Source: Myxococcales bacterium (lineage in GTDB: Bacteria > Myxococcota > Kuafuiibacteriia > Kuafuiibacteriales > Kuafuiibacteriaceae). Taken from it: a DNA stretch of 64,000 nucleotides. Position 1 is the first letter of the stretch. Each line of letters starts with the position of its first letter. The translations under genes and the position numbers were made by a program. Where the stretch lies: NCBI GenBank assembly GCA_019634385.1, contig JAHQVK010000123.1, positions 1,142 to 65,141 of the forward strand. Direction: 5' to 3'. Under the pieces are notes generated by a model. That model searched no databases. It saw only the letters and a list, made by a program, of their open reading frames with translations, and was not told where the DNA came from. Below are positions 30,401-39,961 of this stretch, piece after piece.

Positions 30401-30620
30401 GCGATGATAGCCGGTAGCCAGCGATGTTTTTGGCGCGGTTGTCTTCGTTGCTGACTGAGGCCGAAGAACTAGATGTTTCTCCGCCGACATGCGCCAAGGC
30501 TTCTTCCGCAGTTGTCGCTGCCGACTGTGCTCGAAGTAATGAGACTCGATACCCACCATAAGCCATGACGGTGCAGGTAGCGGCGAGCACCGCGGCTCGA
30601 CCAAGAATCCGTTTTAGCAA
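27462..30620 (-). CDS. Giant (1052 aa) S41-family C-terminal processing peptidase with PDZ domain, multiple beta-sandwich repeats and an SH3b-like domain
   Basis: The signal peptide is [20 protein letters not shown]. PDZ: ..[38 protein letters not shown].. The S41 catalytic region is ..[38 protein letters not shown].. The SH3b-like segment is ..[32 protein letters not shown].. Confidence 0.8.
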   Translation of the reverse strand: [1052 protein letters not shown]

Positions 30621-31382
30621 TGCGGGGCCTCTTTCTCTTCACGCTTGTTACTCACCACGGGACCTCTTGTAGGCTTGCTTGAGGTACATGGGGTTTACAA
30701 ACTTGTGTTTCATTGTCTTGGTTTGTGACAAACCGAGTGATGCGGCATGGTGCATAGGCTGAAACATTCGCCACTCTTTCGAGTGGGGGGCTTTCTCCGG
30801 ACAACAGCGCACTATTTGCCGAAGCATCATGTAGGGTCAACAAACCACTCGAACCAATACATTCCGTTAGCGAGATATTGTCGAGTGTGGTGGATAGGGG
30901 CGTATGAGTGACGAGGTTGCTTCTCTCGCTCCTTCTCGCCAGTAAATCTATCATCCCAGAGAGATCATCAGACGCCTTACCCGTGCTGATGGCAACAATA
31001 TCGGCGCAGACGTTGTTAAACTCTTGGTTGATACCCGGTTTAACAGTACCCAGTGATCTATGGAGATGTGGGTTATTGTATTCTTTTTGTTCGAGGGTGT
31101 GGTGTAATGACCTTTGTTGCCTGCGAATTACCGCGATGTTCTGATTGGTGAAGCAGAGAAACCAACGAAATAGGAGTAGGTGTGGGGATTCTGCGAAAGG
31201 CTGCGGTGATTCTGCACCCATGGTCTTCACAATAGCGGCCCCAAAGGAGGTCGACAACTGTTCAGAGGGTAAACGCCTGGTTGGTTTGTTGGGGTGTATT
31301 AAAGCAACTCAAGCACTCGACTCGGGTGCTAGAATGCCCAGGGGCGAAGCGTGTCCGCCCCACTGGTTAAGTCACAACCTAG

Positions 31383-31570
31383 CTAGGGCGTCTCTTTAAG
31401 CTCCGGCCCGCGTATTGACTTGTTTCCTGCGTTTGTGAGGGGTTGGTGGCTTCGCCGCCCTCTCGGTCCCCTCGGCCGGGTACATCCAGTACCTTCCCTC
31501 CGAGGCTGACTCCTCACAAACGTGGGCTTTGGCGTCATCTCCCCAGCCGGAGGGTAAAGACACGCCCTAG
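31383..31570. mobile_element. Family-A element, copy A5 (orientation as A3)
   Basis: ctagggcgtctctttaagctccggcccgcgt ... ccggagggtaaagacacgccctag. It is preceded by an extra ctag. Confidence 0.85.
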
Positions 31571-31677
31571 CGGATTGGTTTTGGCCACTTTGCGGTTCGC
31601 ACAAACTTATTTTGGCTACTTCATCTCTTGATGAGTAAGTCATTCCATGTGTTTGGGGGTCGCGGTTTTGGGGTTGC

Positions 31678-32172
31678 GTGGCCCTAGACTCTACAGTAAG
31701 CACGCTGGACGCTATGTCGGGCGGTGACTTCAAGTTGAAGTCAAAAGATCCGATACGCAGGAGAACTACAATGAAGCCTACCCCGCTTCAAATTATTAAG
31801 GACAAATTTGGTAGCCGTGCTGAGCTCGCTAAGCAGCTTTCTAGCATGGTTGACAAGATGCACGGTGATAGCTCAACCGCTCAGGTTAAGTCCCGGCTTT
31901 TGGGGCTTTCGAACCCGAAGCTTCTCCGCCTATATGCCGTAGAGCAGACTGTGCGAGAGCGGTTTGGTTCTAAAGATAAGCTTGTTGACGCCATTGTTGA
32001 AGCGCGTCTGACAGCGGGTCACACTGCTGATGAAAGCTTTAGGACGAAGATTTCCGGCTACTCCAAGGCTCGATTGCTGGATCTGACCCGACAAAAATTG
32101 GGTGCACGCTCTGAGAAGCTTACGGACGACGAAAAAGCAGCTCGGCGAAAGAAGCGTAAGAAAAGCTCATGA
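31678..32172 (+). CDS. Hypothetical basic protein (start possibly MKPTPLQ at 31771)
   Basis: The ORF has two similar helical modules (..RAELAKQLSSMVDKMHG.. / ..KDKLVDAIVEARLTAGH..) and a Lys/Arg-rich C-terminus. No family motif recognised. Confidence 0.4.
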   Translation: MALDSTVSTLDAMSGGDFKLKSKDPIRRRTTMKPTPLQIIKDKFGSRAELAKQLSSMVDKMHGDSSTAQVKSRLLGLSNPKLLRLYAVEQTVRERFGSKDKLVDAIVEARLTAGHTADESFRTKISGYSKARLLDLTRQKLGARSEKLTDDEKAARRKKRKKSS

Positions 32173-32826
32173 GTTGACCGGGCGCGAAGGCGTCTGATCA
32201 ACGAGCAATCCCCTAAGAATAAACTCGGCGATTTCAGAGCCCACGACCTTGGGCTCTGGCGGAAGCTGCTCCCGTCCCTTGAGAATCCATTCCAGAGATA
32301 TTTCATCGATCGCGCCAAAAAGTGCGCGACGGAATACCCCGGGGTGGAGCTCTTTACGGAAGATATCGCACTGTTGTCCCTCCTCCAAAATGGCTCCGAG
32401 AAGAGCCAGGTATCGGGCGAATCCCTTGGGGGAGTACTCTTTGATGAATCGAGCACTCTGCCTCAATTCTATAGTAAGTACCTGCATTAACTCTGGTTTG
32501 GCGGCAACGAGCTCAAGGTGGAATACGATATACCTCCGGAGTTTCTCTGCTGGGTCATCAATCTGATCAAGGATTTCCTGTAGGTCAGTGATGATGACCT
32601 CCATGCGCTCTTCGAACAACGAAATGAGGAGATCGTCTTTGGAGCGGAAGTAGAGGTATATGGTCCCATCTGCAACTCCGGCTGCGTCTGCAATCTCAGA
32701 CACTTTGGCGCCAAAGAAGCCTTTGCGGGCGAATACGATGACAGCGGCATCAATAATGGCTTTCCGACGGTCCGCACGGCTAATGCGACGATTTACACTG
32801 CTCTGTTTGAGCTCGTCGACAGTCAT
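32167..32826 (-). CDS. TetR/AcrR-family transcriptional regulator
   Basis: The N-terminal HTH reads ..RRKAIIDAAVIVFARKGFFGAKVSEIADAAGVADGTIYLYFRSKDDLL.. Confidence 0.8.
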   Translation of the reverse strand: MTVDELKQSSVNRRISRADRRKAIIDAAVIVFARKGFFGAKVSEIADAAGVADGTIYLYFRSKDDLLISLFEERMEVIITDLQEILDQIDDPAEKLRRYIVFHLELVAAKPELMQVLTIELRQSARFIKEYSPKGFARYLALLGAILEEGQQCDIFRKELHPGVFRRALFGAIDEISLEWILKGREQLPPEPKVVGSEIAEFILRGLLVDQTPSRPVNS

Positions 32827-32877
32827 GTCGTTTTCGAATACGGGCAGCTTTCGCCAAGGGCAAGACGGGGACGCACC

Positions 32878-33510
32878 TTATAGGGAATTGAGCTGGGGTC
32901 GGGCTTTACCTGGTGTGAGGACGGCAAAAAGTAAGTCTGCGACTGTATTGTAGATATTGGGCCGTACGGATGAAGGATCCAGGAAGCGCTGAACAAATAT
33001 TCCATCGTAGGTTGCGAGGAAAATGCATGCCAGTTCTTCGGGGTGAATCGCTGGGTTGAAGTGCCCCTCCTGTTGGCCGGTCTCAATGATTTGTGCCGCG
33101 GAGCGTCGGTAGCCTTCATAGATTCGCTGGAAGCGAACACGAATCGCTTCGTCGCCGTCAGCGGTTTCGAGCAGGAGGCCTAGTAATAGTCGGAGTGTGT
33201 GGGAGTGATCATTGGCGAGTTCGTGATGAAGTTGAAGCAATCGCGCAAACCGGAGTGGGGGTGTAGGTTGTGCTAGTACTGCATCTCCCGCTCTGGACTC
33301 CCAAACAGACAAAGCCTGGTCAACAACCGTGAATAGTAGGTCCTCTTTGTTCTGAAAATGCCAGAAGATAGAGGATTTGCTCGTGTCAGCTTCCTTTGCT
33401 ACGAGATCGAGTGAAGTACCTGCGTAGCCTCGTTCAGCAAAAAGACGAGCCGTCACATCAATAATGGTTTGACGAGTCTTTTCCCCTTGTTCCTTCCGCG
33501 GTCTCTGCAT
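32878..33510 (-). CDS. TetR/AcrR-family transcriptional regulator
   Basis: The N-terminal HTH reads ..TRQTIIDVTARLFAERGYAGTSLDLVAKEADTSKSSIFWHFQNKEDLL.. Confidence 0.8.
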   Translation of the reverse strand: MQRPRKEQGEKTRQTIIDVTARLFAERGYAGTSLDLVAKEADTSKSSIFWHFQNKEDLLFTVVDQALSVWESRAGDAVLAQPTPPLRFARLLQLHHELANDHSHTLRLLLGLLLETADGDEAIRVRFQRIYEGYRRSAAQIIETGQQEGHFNPAIHPEELACIFLATYDGIFVQRFLDPSSVRPNIYNTVADLLFAVLTPGKARPQLNSL

Positions 33511-33697
33511 CCACTACTATCATGCGGTGAAAACATAGGCCGCGGCAAGTCAGTTGTTGTACTCGATGGTATGATTCGATAATTGAGGCAGTCAGGCTTT
33601 TTAAGAACCAAGTTGGGATTTAAGGCTCGACTTTCCCCTTCGTACTCTTCGCGCTTTACTGTGAGCAGGTTGTGCAAAGGCCTAAGGTATTAAGTCT

Positions 33698-34756
33698 ATG
33701 GAGCATAAAAAATACACGGCCGCGGTGATTGGCGGCAGTGGATATGGAGGCGGGGAAATCATTCGTCGGCTTCTGTCTCACCCAACTGTCGAGCTCAAGC
33801 GGGTGACAAGCATCGATTATTTCGACCAGCCATTGTCTGCCGCTCATCTCAATTTGGAAGGACAAACCCATCTCTACTTTGAGAAAGTGTCCCCGTTAGA
33901 GGCGGCACAGGGGGTGGATGTAGCGCTCTTTGCTTTGCCTCACGAAGTTTCAGCTCGCACAATTCCAGAGGTGATAGCGGGAACCGAGGCTAAGATTATT
34001 GATCTTTCGGGAGCATTTCGATGCGCTCATGCAACTGCTTATGAGAAATGGTATGGCGTTTCACATCCTCATCCGTCCTACATCGAGCGGTTTGTATACG
34101 GGCTTCCAGAAGTCTTTAGGTCAGAAATTCAGCGGGCACGGTGTGTAGCCAATCCCGGCTGTTTTGCCACGTGCATCGAGTTGGGATTGTTACCTCTTGC
34201 GAAAGAAGGTTGGTTAAAGGGTGATATTGAAACGGTGGCTATGACCGGTTCTAGCGGTAGTGGTGCAGCGGCTCAGGTTGGCACACATCATCCTATCCGA
34301 TCACTGAACATAAGATCTTACCAAACGTTAGGTCATACTCAAACGCCTGAGATTCAAGAAACGCTGCTAGCGATAGGCAAGCACGAGGTCCGCCTGTCCT
34401 TAGTTCCAGTATCTGCACCACTTGCTCGAGGTCTCTGGGCTACGAGTTTTGTTAGAGTTCCAGCTTTGATCTCGGAAGGTCAGATTAGAGAAGCCTTTGA
34501 AAGAACCTATGCTGATGAGCTTTTTGTGCGAATTCCGAGTGATCGACTGCCGGAAGTCGGTGCGGTGGTTGGTTCAAACTACGCCGAAGTAGGTGTTGTT
34601 CTAGGTGAGGTGGTTGGTGGTGAACGACTTCTGGTTTGTGTCTCAGCGCTTGATAACCTCATCAAAGGTGGGGCGGGACAGGCTGTGCAAAACATGAATC
34701 TTGTTTTGGGGGTTGATGAAAGGCTAACCTTAGGGGACCCCGGCAGCTGGCCATGA
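33698..34756 (+). CDS. argC: N-acetyl-gamma-glutamyl-phosphate reductase
   Basis: ..AAVIGGSGYGGGEIIRRLLSHP.. is a Rossmann fold. The catalytic-Cys region is ..ANPGCFATCIELGLLPL.. Confidence 0.9.
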   Translation: MEHKKYTAAVIGGSGYGGGEIIRRLLSHPTVELKRVTSIDYFDQPLSAAHLNLEGQTHLYFEKVSPLEAAQGVDVALFALPHEVSARTIPEVIAGTEAKIIDLSGAFRCAHATAYEKWYGVSHPHPSYIERFVYGLPEVFRSEIQRARCVANPGCFATCIELGLLPLAKEGWLKGDIETVAMTGSSGSGAAAQVGTHHPIRSLNIRSYQTLGHTQTPEIQETLLAIGKHEVRLSLVPVSAPLARGLWATSFVRVPALISEGQIREAFERTYADELFVRIPSDRLPEVGAVVGSNYAEVGVVLGEVVGGERLLVCVSALDNLIKGGAGQAVQNMNLVLGVDERLTLGDPGSWP

Positions 34757-35595
34757 GAGTATCTTTTGCATCGCGCACTACCGTTGTTAAACTTGGTGGG
34801 GAACTGCTGTTTGACGAAAATGCTGACGAGCTGCTAAGTATTTTGGTTTCCCTTCGAGCCCGAGCCCGAGCGGGTGACCATATTGTTTTGGTTCACGGGG
34901 GTGGCCCGCAAACGAGTGCGCTTATGGGGCGCTATGGGCTTGAGCCGCAAATGATTGAAGGTCGTAGGGTCACCGATGAAATGACGCTTCGGATACTTAT
35001 GCAAGCGGTAGGGGGTGAGGTAAACACACGGTTGGTCAGTAAGTTTATTTGTCTTGGTGTTGGAGCCGTTGGGTTGAGTGGGGTGAGTGGGCGTTGTGTT
35101 CTTTGTGCTAAAGAGCCGGCTCAGTTGCTGGTTTCTGAGCCAGGAAAGCGAGTGGACTACGGATTCGTAGGAGAAGTCATTCGCGTAGATGAAGACTTTA
35201 TTCTTCAATTTTGCAGGCAGGGCATAGTCCCGGTCCTTGCTTGTCTTGGGGTAGATGAAAGCGGACAAGTATACAATGTCAATGCAGATACTCTCGCTGC
35301 CGCGGTGAGTGTGGCGCTCAAGTCGGACCATCTATTACTTATTACGGGTGCACCAGGTGTCCTTCAGAATCTTGACGATCCGCAGACGAGATGGAGTAAA
35401 TTACGGGTATCAGAGGCTCAGAAGGCTATTGCCGACGGCCGAATTCGCGGGGGCATGATCCCCAAAATTAGGGAGGCATTTTCAGCTCTTTCGGGGGGCG
35501 TAGGCGAGGTCCATATTCTTGGGCAACTGAGAGATGGCGATATAGAACGAGCTCTAGAGAGTCCTGGCGAAATAGGTACCGTGCTGATACCTTAA
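34753..35595 (+). CDS. argB: Acetylglutamate kinase
   Basis: ..VVKLGGELL...IVLVHGGGPQ.. is an amino-acid kinase family signature. A 4-nt overlap with argC couples the two genes. Confidence 0.9.
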   Translation: MRVSFASRTTVVKLGGELLFDENADELLSILVSLRARARAGDHIVLVHGGGPQTSALMGRYGLEPQMIEGRRVTDEMTLRILMQAVGGEVNTRLVSKFICLGVGAVGLSGVSGRCVLCAKEPAQLLVSEPGKRVDYGFVGEVIRVDEDFILQFCRQGIVPVLACLGVDESGQVYNVNADTLAAAVSVALKSDHLLLITGAPGVLQNLDDPQTRWSKLRVSEAQKAIADGRIRGGMIPKIREAFSALSGGVGEVHILGQLRDGDIERALESPGEIGTVLIP

Positions 35596-36026
35596 ATGTG
35601 TGGGCAAACCAAGAGAACCGCTGGACTTGAGTCCAAGGGCCGGTTCGTTCTTCGCTTTGCGACCACTGGCTGACGTGAGAGCACCGAGAGGAATACTACC
35701 TTGGTGTTGCTCATAGTCTTGTGCGGGTTTGGACTTAAGCTAAACCATTTGGTATTCTGTTCTAGCTGTGTCTTTAACGGCAGAAGTGATTGATAATGGT
35801 TCCCTGATTTACCTGAGTGTTTTGCTTCGGGGAATGTTGACCATAACTAGCATGCTGACAAGCCAGGGTGGGTCGTCGCTCGATGAATATTTGGATGCCT
35901 CGGAGGTTCAACAGACCCTTCGCGAAGTTTTGTAACTCATCCTAGCAGGCATGTGATGACCGAACGACTGTACCCTTTGCAGCCTTTTTGTTGAAGATAC
36001 GCCAAAGCCACTTGAATTGATTCTGT

Positions 36027-36112
36027 AAGAATCAACAAGAGGTCGCGCAGCGGGGTATAGCCCGGCGTAGAAGCAGGAACTTGGGTTCAAGCCAAGTGAT
36101 TTCTGCTGTACT
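36027..36112. repeat. Family-C structured repeat, copy C1
   Basis: agaatcaacaagaggtcgcgcagcggggtatagcccggcgtagaagcaggaacttgggttcaagccaagtgatttctgctgta is about 85% identical to 41748-41836. It contains nested hairpins: AGCAG..CTTGGgttcaagCCAAG..CTGCT. Confidence 0.7.
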
Positions 36113-36134
36113 ATGGCGTGTCCTCAAACGCGGG

Positions 36135-36206
36135 CTGCGGAGCTGACGCCGTATCCCGGATGTGTGAGGGGTTGGCGCCGGAGGGAGGGGTAAAGACAGG
36201 CCTTAG
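36135..36206. mobile_element. Family-A element, internally deleted copy A4 (about 72 bp)
   Basis: gcggagctgacgccgtatcccggatgtgtgaggggttgg joins directly to cgccggagggaggggtaaagacaggccttag. Its terminal tta (reverse complement taa) is the stop codon of the downstream gene. Confidence 0.7.
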
Positions 36207-38596
36207 CCAGGGCTACGAATGGTCAGTGGTGGTGCCTCAATCGGAACCTCTGGTTTAAGCATATCCAGCAAAGCGCTTGAGTCATTCACGGGTAGCTTAC
36301 ACGTGCCTTCGAAACAAACGAATGCAGTAGCTTTTTCGTTGAGGGGAACTTTGCCTTCTAACCACGGTACGATTGGGGTCAGTGAGTTGAGGGTTGCCTG
36401 ATCACCAATGATACGAACGCTATTGGGGATAAATGTTTTTCTGAGTGTGTCGACCAGATCTTCACCACCATCTTTGGGGTGAGTGACAATTACAATTTGA
36501 CGGGCTTTATCGAGTCTCCAGTCTAGTGCTTGGGCCATTTTTGGGTTCTGGACTGCCCCGTTATTGAGGAGTTTTGCAAAAGCCAGAATAGTTTTATCAG
36601 CGAGCTCCCTGTATTGCTCCTCTAGGGTTAATGTATGAATCCGAAGGAGGTTGAGGGCAGCAACAGAATTACCAGATGGTTGTGCGCCATCATAGCTGGG
36701 TTTGTCTCGAACTAATAGCGTTTCAGATTGGGTTGAGGTGGCGAAGAATCCACCCTGAGTTTTATCCCAAAATTGGGTCAGCATGCGTTTCGATAGATCT
36801 AAACTAATCTCTAGCCACCGAGCTGAACCTGTGACTTCAAATAGATCCAGAGCGGCCCCAACCATATACGCGTAGTCTTCAAGAACGGTCTGACCAGAGG
36901 TCTTTCCCCGCCTCCAAGCCCGCATGAGCTCCCCGTCATTGTCACGGAGTTCATTGAGTACGAACTCCATAGCTTTGACAGCCGCGTCCAGGTACTTCTG
37001 TTCTCCGAGGACAAAAGAAGCACGAGTCATGGCGGATATCATGAGCGCATTCCATTCGGTTAAGATCTTGTTGTCCAAGAGCGGATGTTCTCGTTGCTCT
37101 CGGGCAATGTATAACTTGTTGCGAGCCACCCGAAGGCTTTGTTGCACGGACTCGATGCTAACTTTTTGTTCTGAAGCAATATGTTCCACCGATTTGGCGA
37201 GGTGGAGAATATTTTGCCCCTCGAAGTTTCCCTCTTCTGAGACGCCATAGACCTCAGAAAATAGTTTTGCATCGGGGGGGGCGAGTGTCTTCATGATCTC
37301 AGCTTTTGACCAGACGAAGAACTTACCTTCGACACCCTCGGAGTCGGCGTCGGTGGCAGAATAGAACCCACCTCCTTCGTTGGTCATTTCGCGAACGACG
37401 TAGTCGAGGGTGTCGCGCAAGACGTTTTCGAATGAGGGGTCGAGCCCATTCTGAATGGCTTCGGCAAGCAATATAGATAGCTGTGCATTGTCATAGAGCA
37501 TCTTTTCGAAATGAGGCACAAGCCACTCGCGGTCAGTAGAGTATCGAGCAAAGCCACCCCCGAGGTGATCGTATATTCCACCGGCAGACATTTTCTTGAG
37601 GGAGAAAGCAACAATTTGCTTAGCTTGTTCATCATTGCTGCGGAGACCATAACGAAGCAGCAACTCGTAGGTGCTGGGACGAGGAAATTTAGGAGCACGG
37701 TGAAAACCGCCCCAAACCGGGTCAAATGCGCGGGCGAGGAACTGCGCGGCGCTAATCAAGGCATTCACGGTGGGTAGTTCATCGGGGACTTGAGGTTGAG
37801 TGGCTTTCTGGAGAGCGTCCAGCCATTCGCTAGCCCCGGAAAGAACCCGATCTCGCTCATTTTCCCAAGCCTCCGACATTCGCCGCAGGATGGACAGGAA
37901 CCCTATCCGGGCTCCCCGATCACCATCTCGGGGAGGAAAATAAGTTCCGGCAAAGAAAGGATGCCCATCAGCGGTCATAAACACCGTCATGGGCCATCCC
38001 CCTCCGCCAGTCGCCATCTGTACGGCCGTCATGTAGACCGCATCCACATCCGGGCGCTCTTCTCGATCAACTTTGATCGCTACGAAGTGACGGTTAATGT
38101 ATTCGGCGATCTCAACATCTTCAAAGGATTCACCTTCCATCACGTGGCACCAATGGCATGTGGCGTACCCGACACTGAGGAGAATCGGTCGGTTCAAGGC
38201 TCGAGCGGCCGCGAAGGCTTCTTGTCCCCACGGGAACCAGTTGACCGGATTATGAGCGTGCTGGAGCAGGTAGGGACTGATACTGTGAATAAGACGATTG
38301 ATGTATTTGGGTTCGCCAGCGGTCCTCAGGTGATGGGTGCGTGGTACATAGTTTTTTGGTTGGGCCTCTAGGGCTGATACGAGCTCTCTTGAAAGAGATG
38401 GTGGGAATGGATCCAGACCAGGGAGGGAAATATTTGCCACGGTGGGCATCTGAGAACCTCTGATGGACGCTCCTAGACCAGCAAAAATGCACACCGAGAT
38501 GAGCAGGATCGGCAAGCCTATGCGGACGGCCCTCTGGCGATGTTTGGGAGTCACGAGGACACGATTGCCTACTTCGTCAGAGGGCGCAAAGGGCAA
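36203..38596 (-). CDS. Thioredoxin-domain protein of the DUF255/YyaL family (thioredoxin fold + (alpha/alpha)6 barrel)
   Basis: The N-terminal TM is followed by ..[52 protein letters not shown].., the YyaL signature with CxxC. Confidence 0.8.
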   Translation of the reverse strand: MPFAPSDEVGNRVLVTPKHRQRAVRIGLPILLISVCIFAGLGASIRGSQMPTVANISLPGLDPFPPSLSRELVSALEAQPKNYVPRTHHLRTAGEPKYINRLIHSISPYLLQHAHNPVNWFPWGQEAFAAARALNRPILLSVGYATCHWCHVMEGESFEDVEIAEYINRHFVAIKVDREERPDVDAVYMTAVQMATGGGGWPMTVFMTADGHPFFAGTYFPPRDGDRGARIGFLSILRRMSEAWENERDRVLSGASEWLDALQKATQPQVPDELPTVNALISAAQFLARAFDPVWGGFHRAPKFPRPSTYELLLRYGLRSNDEQAKQIVAFSLKKMSAGGIYDHLGGGFARYSTDREWLVPHFEKMLYDNAQLSILLAEAIQNGLDPSFENVLRDTLDYVVREMTNEGGGFYSATDADSEGVEGKFFVWSKAEIMKTLAPPDAKLFSEVYGVSEEGNFEGQNILHLAKSVEHIASEQKVSIESVQQSLRVARNKLYIAREQREHPLLDNKILTEWNALMISAMTRASFVLGEQKYLDAAVKAMEFVLNELRDNDGELMRAWRRGKTSGQTVLEDYAYMVGAALDLFEVTGSARWLEISLDLSKRMLTQFWDKTQGGFFATSTQSETLLVRDKPSYDGAQPSGNSVAALNLLRIHTLTLEEQYRELADKTILAFAKLLNNGAVQNPKMAQALDWRLDKARQIVIVTHPKDGGEDLVDTLRKTFIPNSVRIIGDQATLNSLTPIVPWLEGKVPLNEKATAFVCFEGTCKLPVNDSSALLDMLKPEVPIEAPPLTIRSPG

Positions 38597-38680
38597 TCAC
38601 TTTGAGTAAGCCTATGAAGGTGGCGATCAATAGGCCTCAGCCATGAAGCAATATGCGCAAAGCTGTTACTTAAGCAGCGG

Positions 38681-39847
38681 CTATGCTGCCTTACTGTTGT
38701 GTGGCTTATTGTGCGACTTTTTTGTCTCCGGAGGAGATGGCGTTGGAGGTGCGGAAGGAGAAGGAGGCTCATCGGGATGATGCCATCGGGAAAGTTCACC
38801 GAGAGACTTCAAAGCCTTTGAAACATCTATCTTGTCCGAACGAAGGATCTTTTTGAGCTCATCAAGGAGGCTGGGACGAGCATCTAGAAATGCGCGAGCT
38901 TTCTCTCTACCTTGACCAAGCTTCAGCTCTCCGAGGGCAAACCAGGCGCCGCTTTTGGAAAGAAGATTTTTTTCGAGGGCTAAATCAATGGTTTCTCCAC
39001 TCTGGGAAATACCGCGTCCATACATAATATCGAATTCTGTATCCCTGAAAGGGGGAGCGAGCTTGTTCTTTACAACTTTTACCCGAACTCTGTTGCCCAT
39101 GGTCCGTTCGCCGTCTTTGACCGAGCCGATGCGGCGAATGTCTAGTCGGACTGAGGCGTAGAATTTTAGCGCCGTACCACCAGTGGTGGTCTCTGGAGAA
39201 CCAAAGGTGACCCCGATTTTTTGGCGCGTTTGATTGATAAATATGAGGGTGCTTCGACTCTTGGCGGCATGGCCGGTCAGTTTTCGCATCGCTTGCGACA
39301 TCAGTCGAGCTTGCAGACCCATATGGGCATCACCCATATCTCCTTCAATCTCAGCCCGTGGTACGAGTGCGGCTACGGAATCCACTACCACGAGATCAAT
39401 GACTTCACTTCTCAAAAGAGTTTCAACGATCTCAAGAGCTTGTTCTCCGTTATCTGGCTGGGAAATAAGAAGCTGCTCGATGTTGATGCCCAAAGCTCTG
39501 GCGTATCGTGGATCAAGAGCGTGTTCCGCGTCGACGATTGCGCCTACCCCTCCTTCGCGCTGCACCGCGGCAAGTGCATGGAGCGCTAAGGTGGTTTTTC
39601 CGGAAGCTTCGGGCCCATAGATCTCAATTATGCGTCCACGGGGCAGTCCGCCAACGCCTAAGGCCCGGTCCAAACCTGTCGAACCGCTGGCTATTACCGG
39701 TATGGGTTCGTCGATTTGTGGATTGGCACCCAACATCATAATAGCGCCTTGTCCAAATCGCTTTTCTACTTCGGAAATAGCGTTTCGAATGCTTTCGAGT
39801 TTGTTCTTAATCAATAGTAAAATCTCCCGGTAGCCCAAATGAGCCAC
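38681..39847 (-). CDS. recA: Recombinase RecA (with Pro-rich basic C-terminal tail)
   Basis: It carries ..[13 protein letters not shown].., the Walker [14 protein letters not shown], and the L1/L2 regions. The C-terminus ..[33 protein letters not shown] is atypical. Confidence 0.9.
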   Translation of the reverse strand: MAHLGYREILLLIKNKLESIRNAISEVEKRFGQGAIMMLGANPQIDEPIPVIASGSTGLDRALGVGGLPRGRIIEIYGPEASGKTTLALHALAAVQREGGVGAIVDAEHALDPRYARALGINIEQLLISQPDNGEQALEIVETLLRSEVIDLVVVDSVAALVPRAEIEGDMGDAHMGLQARLMSQAMRKLTGHAAKSRSTLIFINQTRQKIGVTFGSPETTTGGTALKFYASVRLDIRRIGSVKDGERTMGNRVRVKVVKNKLAPPFRDTEFDIMYGRGISQSGETIDLALEKNLLSKSGAWFALGELKLGQGREKARAFLDARPSLLDELKKILRSDKIDVSKALKSLGELSRWHHPDEPPSPSAPPTPSPPETKKSHNKPHNSKAA

Positions 39848-39961
39848 GGGGTGTCACTCCGCAAAGGTCGTGCCGAAATGCTACAGCAGGAGGAGTTTAG
39901 GCCTCTTTCCGATTTCCGGAATGGGACCTGACGAGGCCGGTTGGTTGAACCAAGACACGCC

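Noticed and set aside
30652-31257. 201-codon ORF on the minus strand upstream of the S41 peptidase.
   Set aside because: It lies in a lower-GC, non-coding-looking stretch and has atypical composition. It sits inside what is more plausibly the protease promoter and leader, and there are no recognisable motifs.
33511-33697. Possible ARG box (tgattcgataattga) upstream of argC.
   Set aside because: Only partial similarity to the ArgR operator consensus is present and it is not palindromic. It is not sufficient to call.
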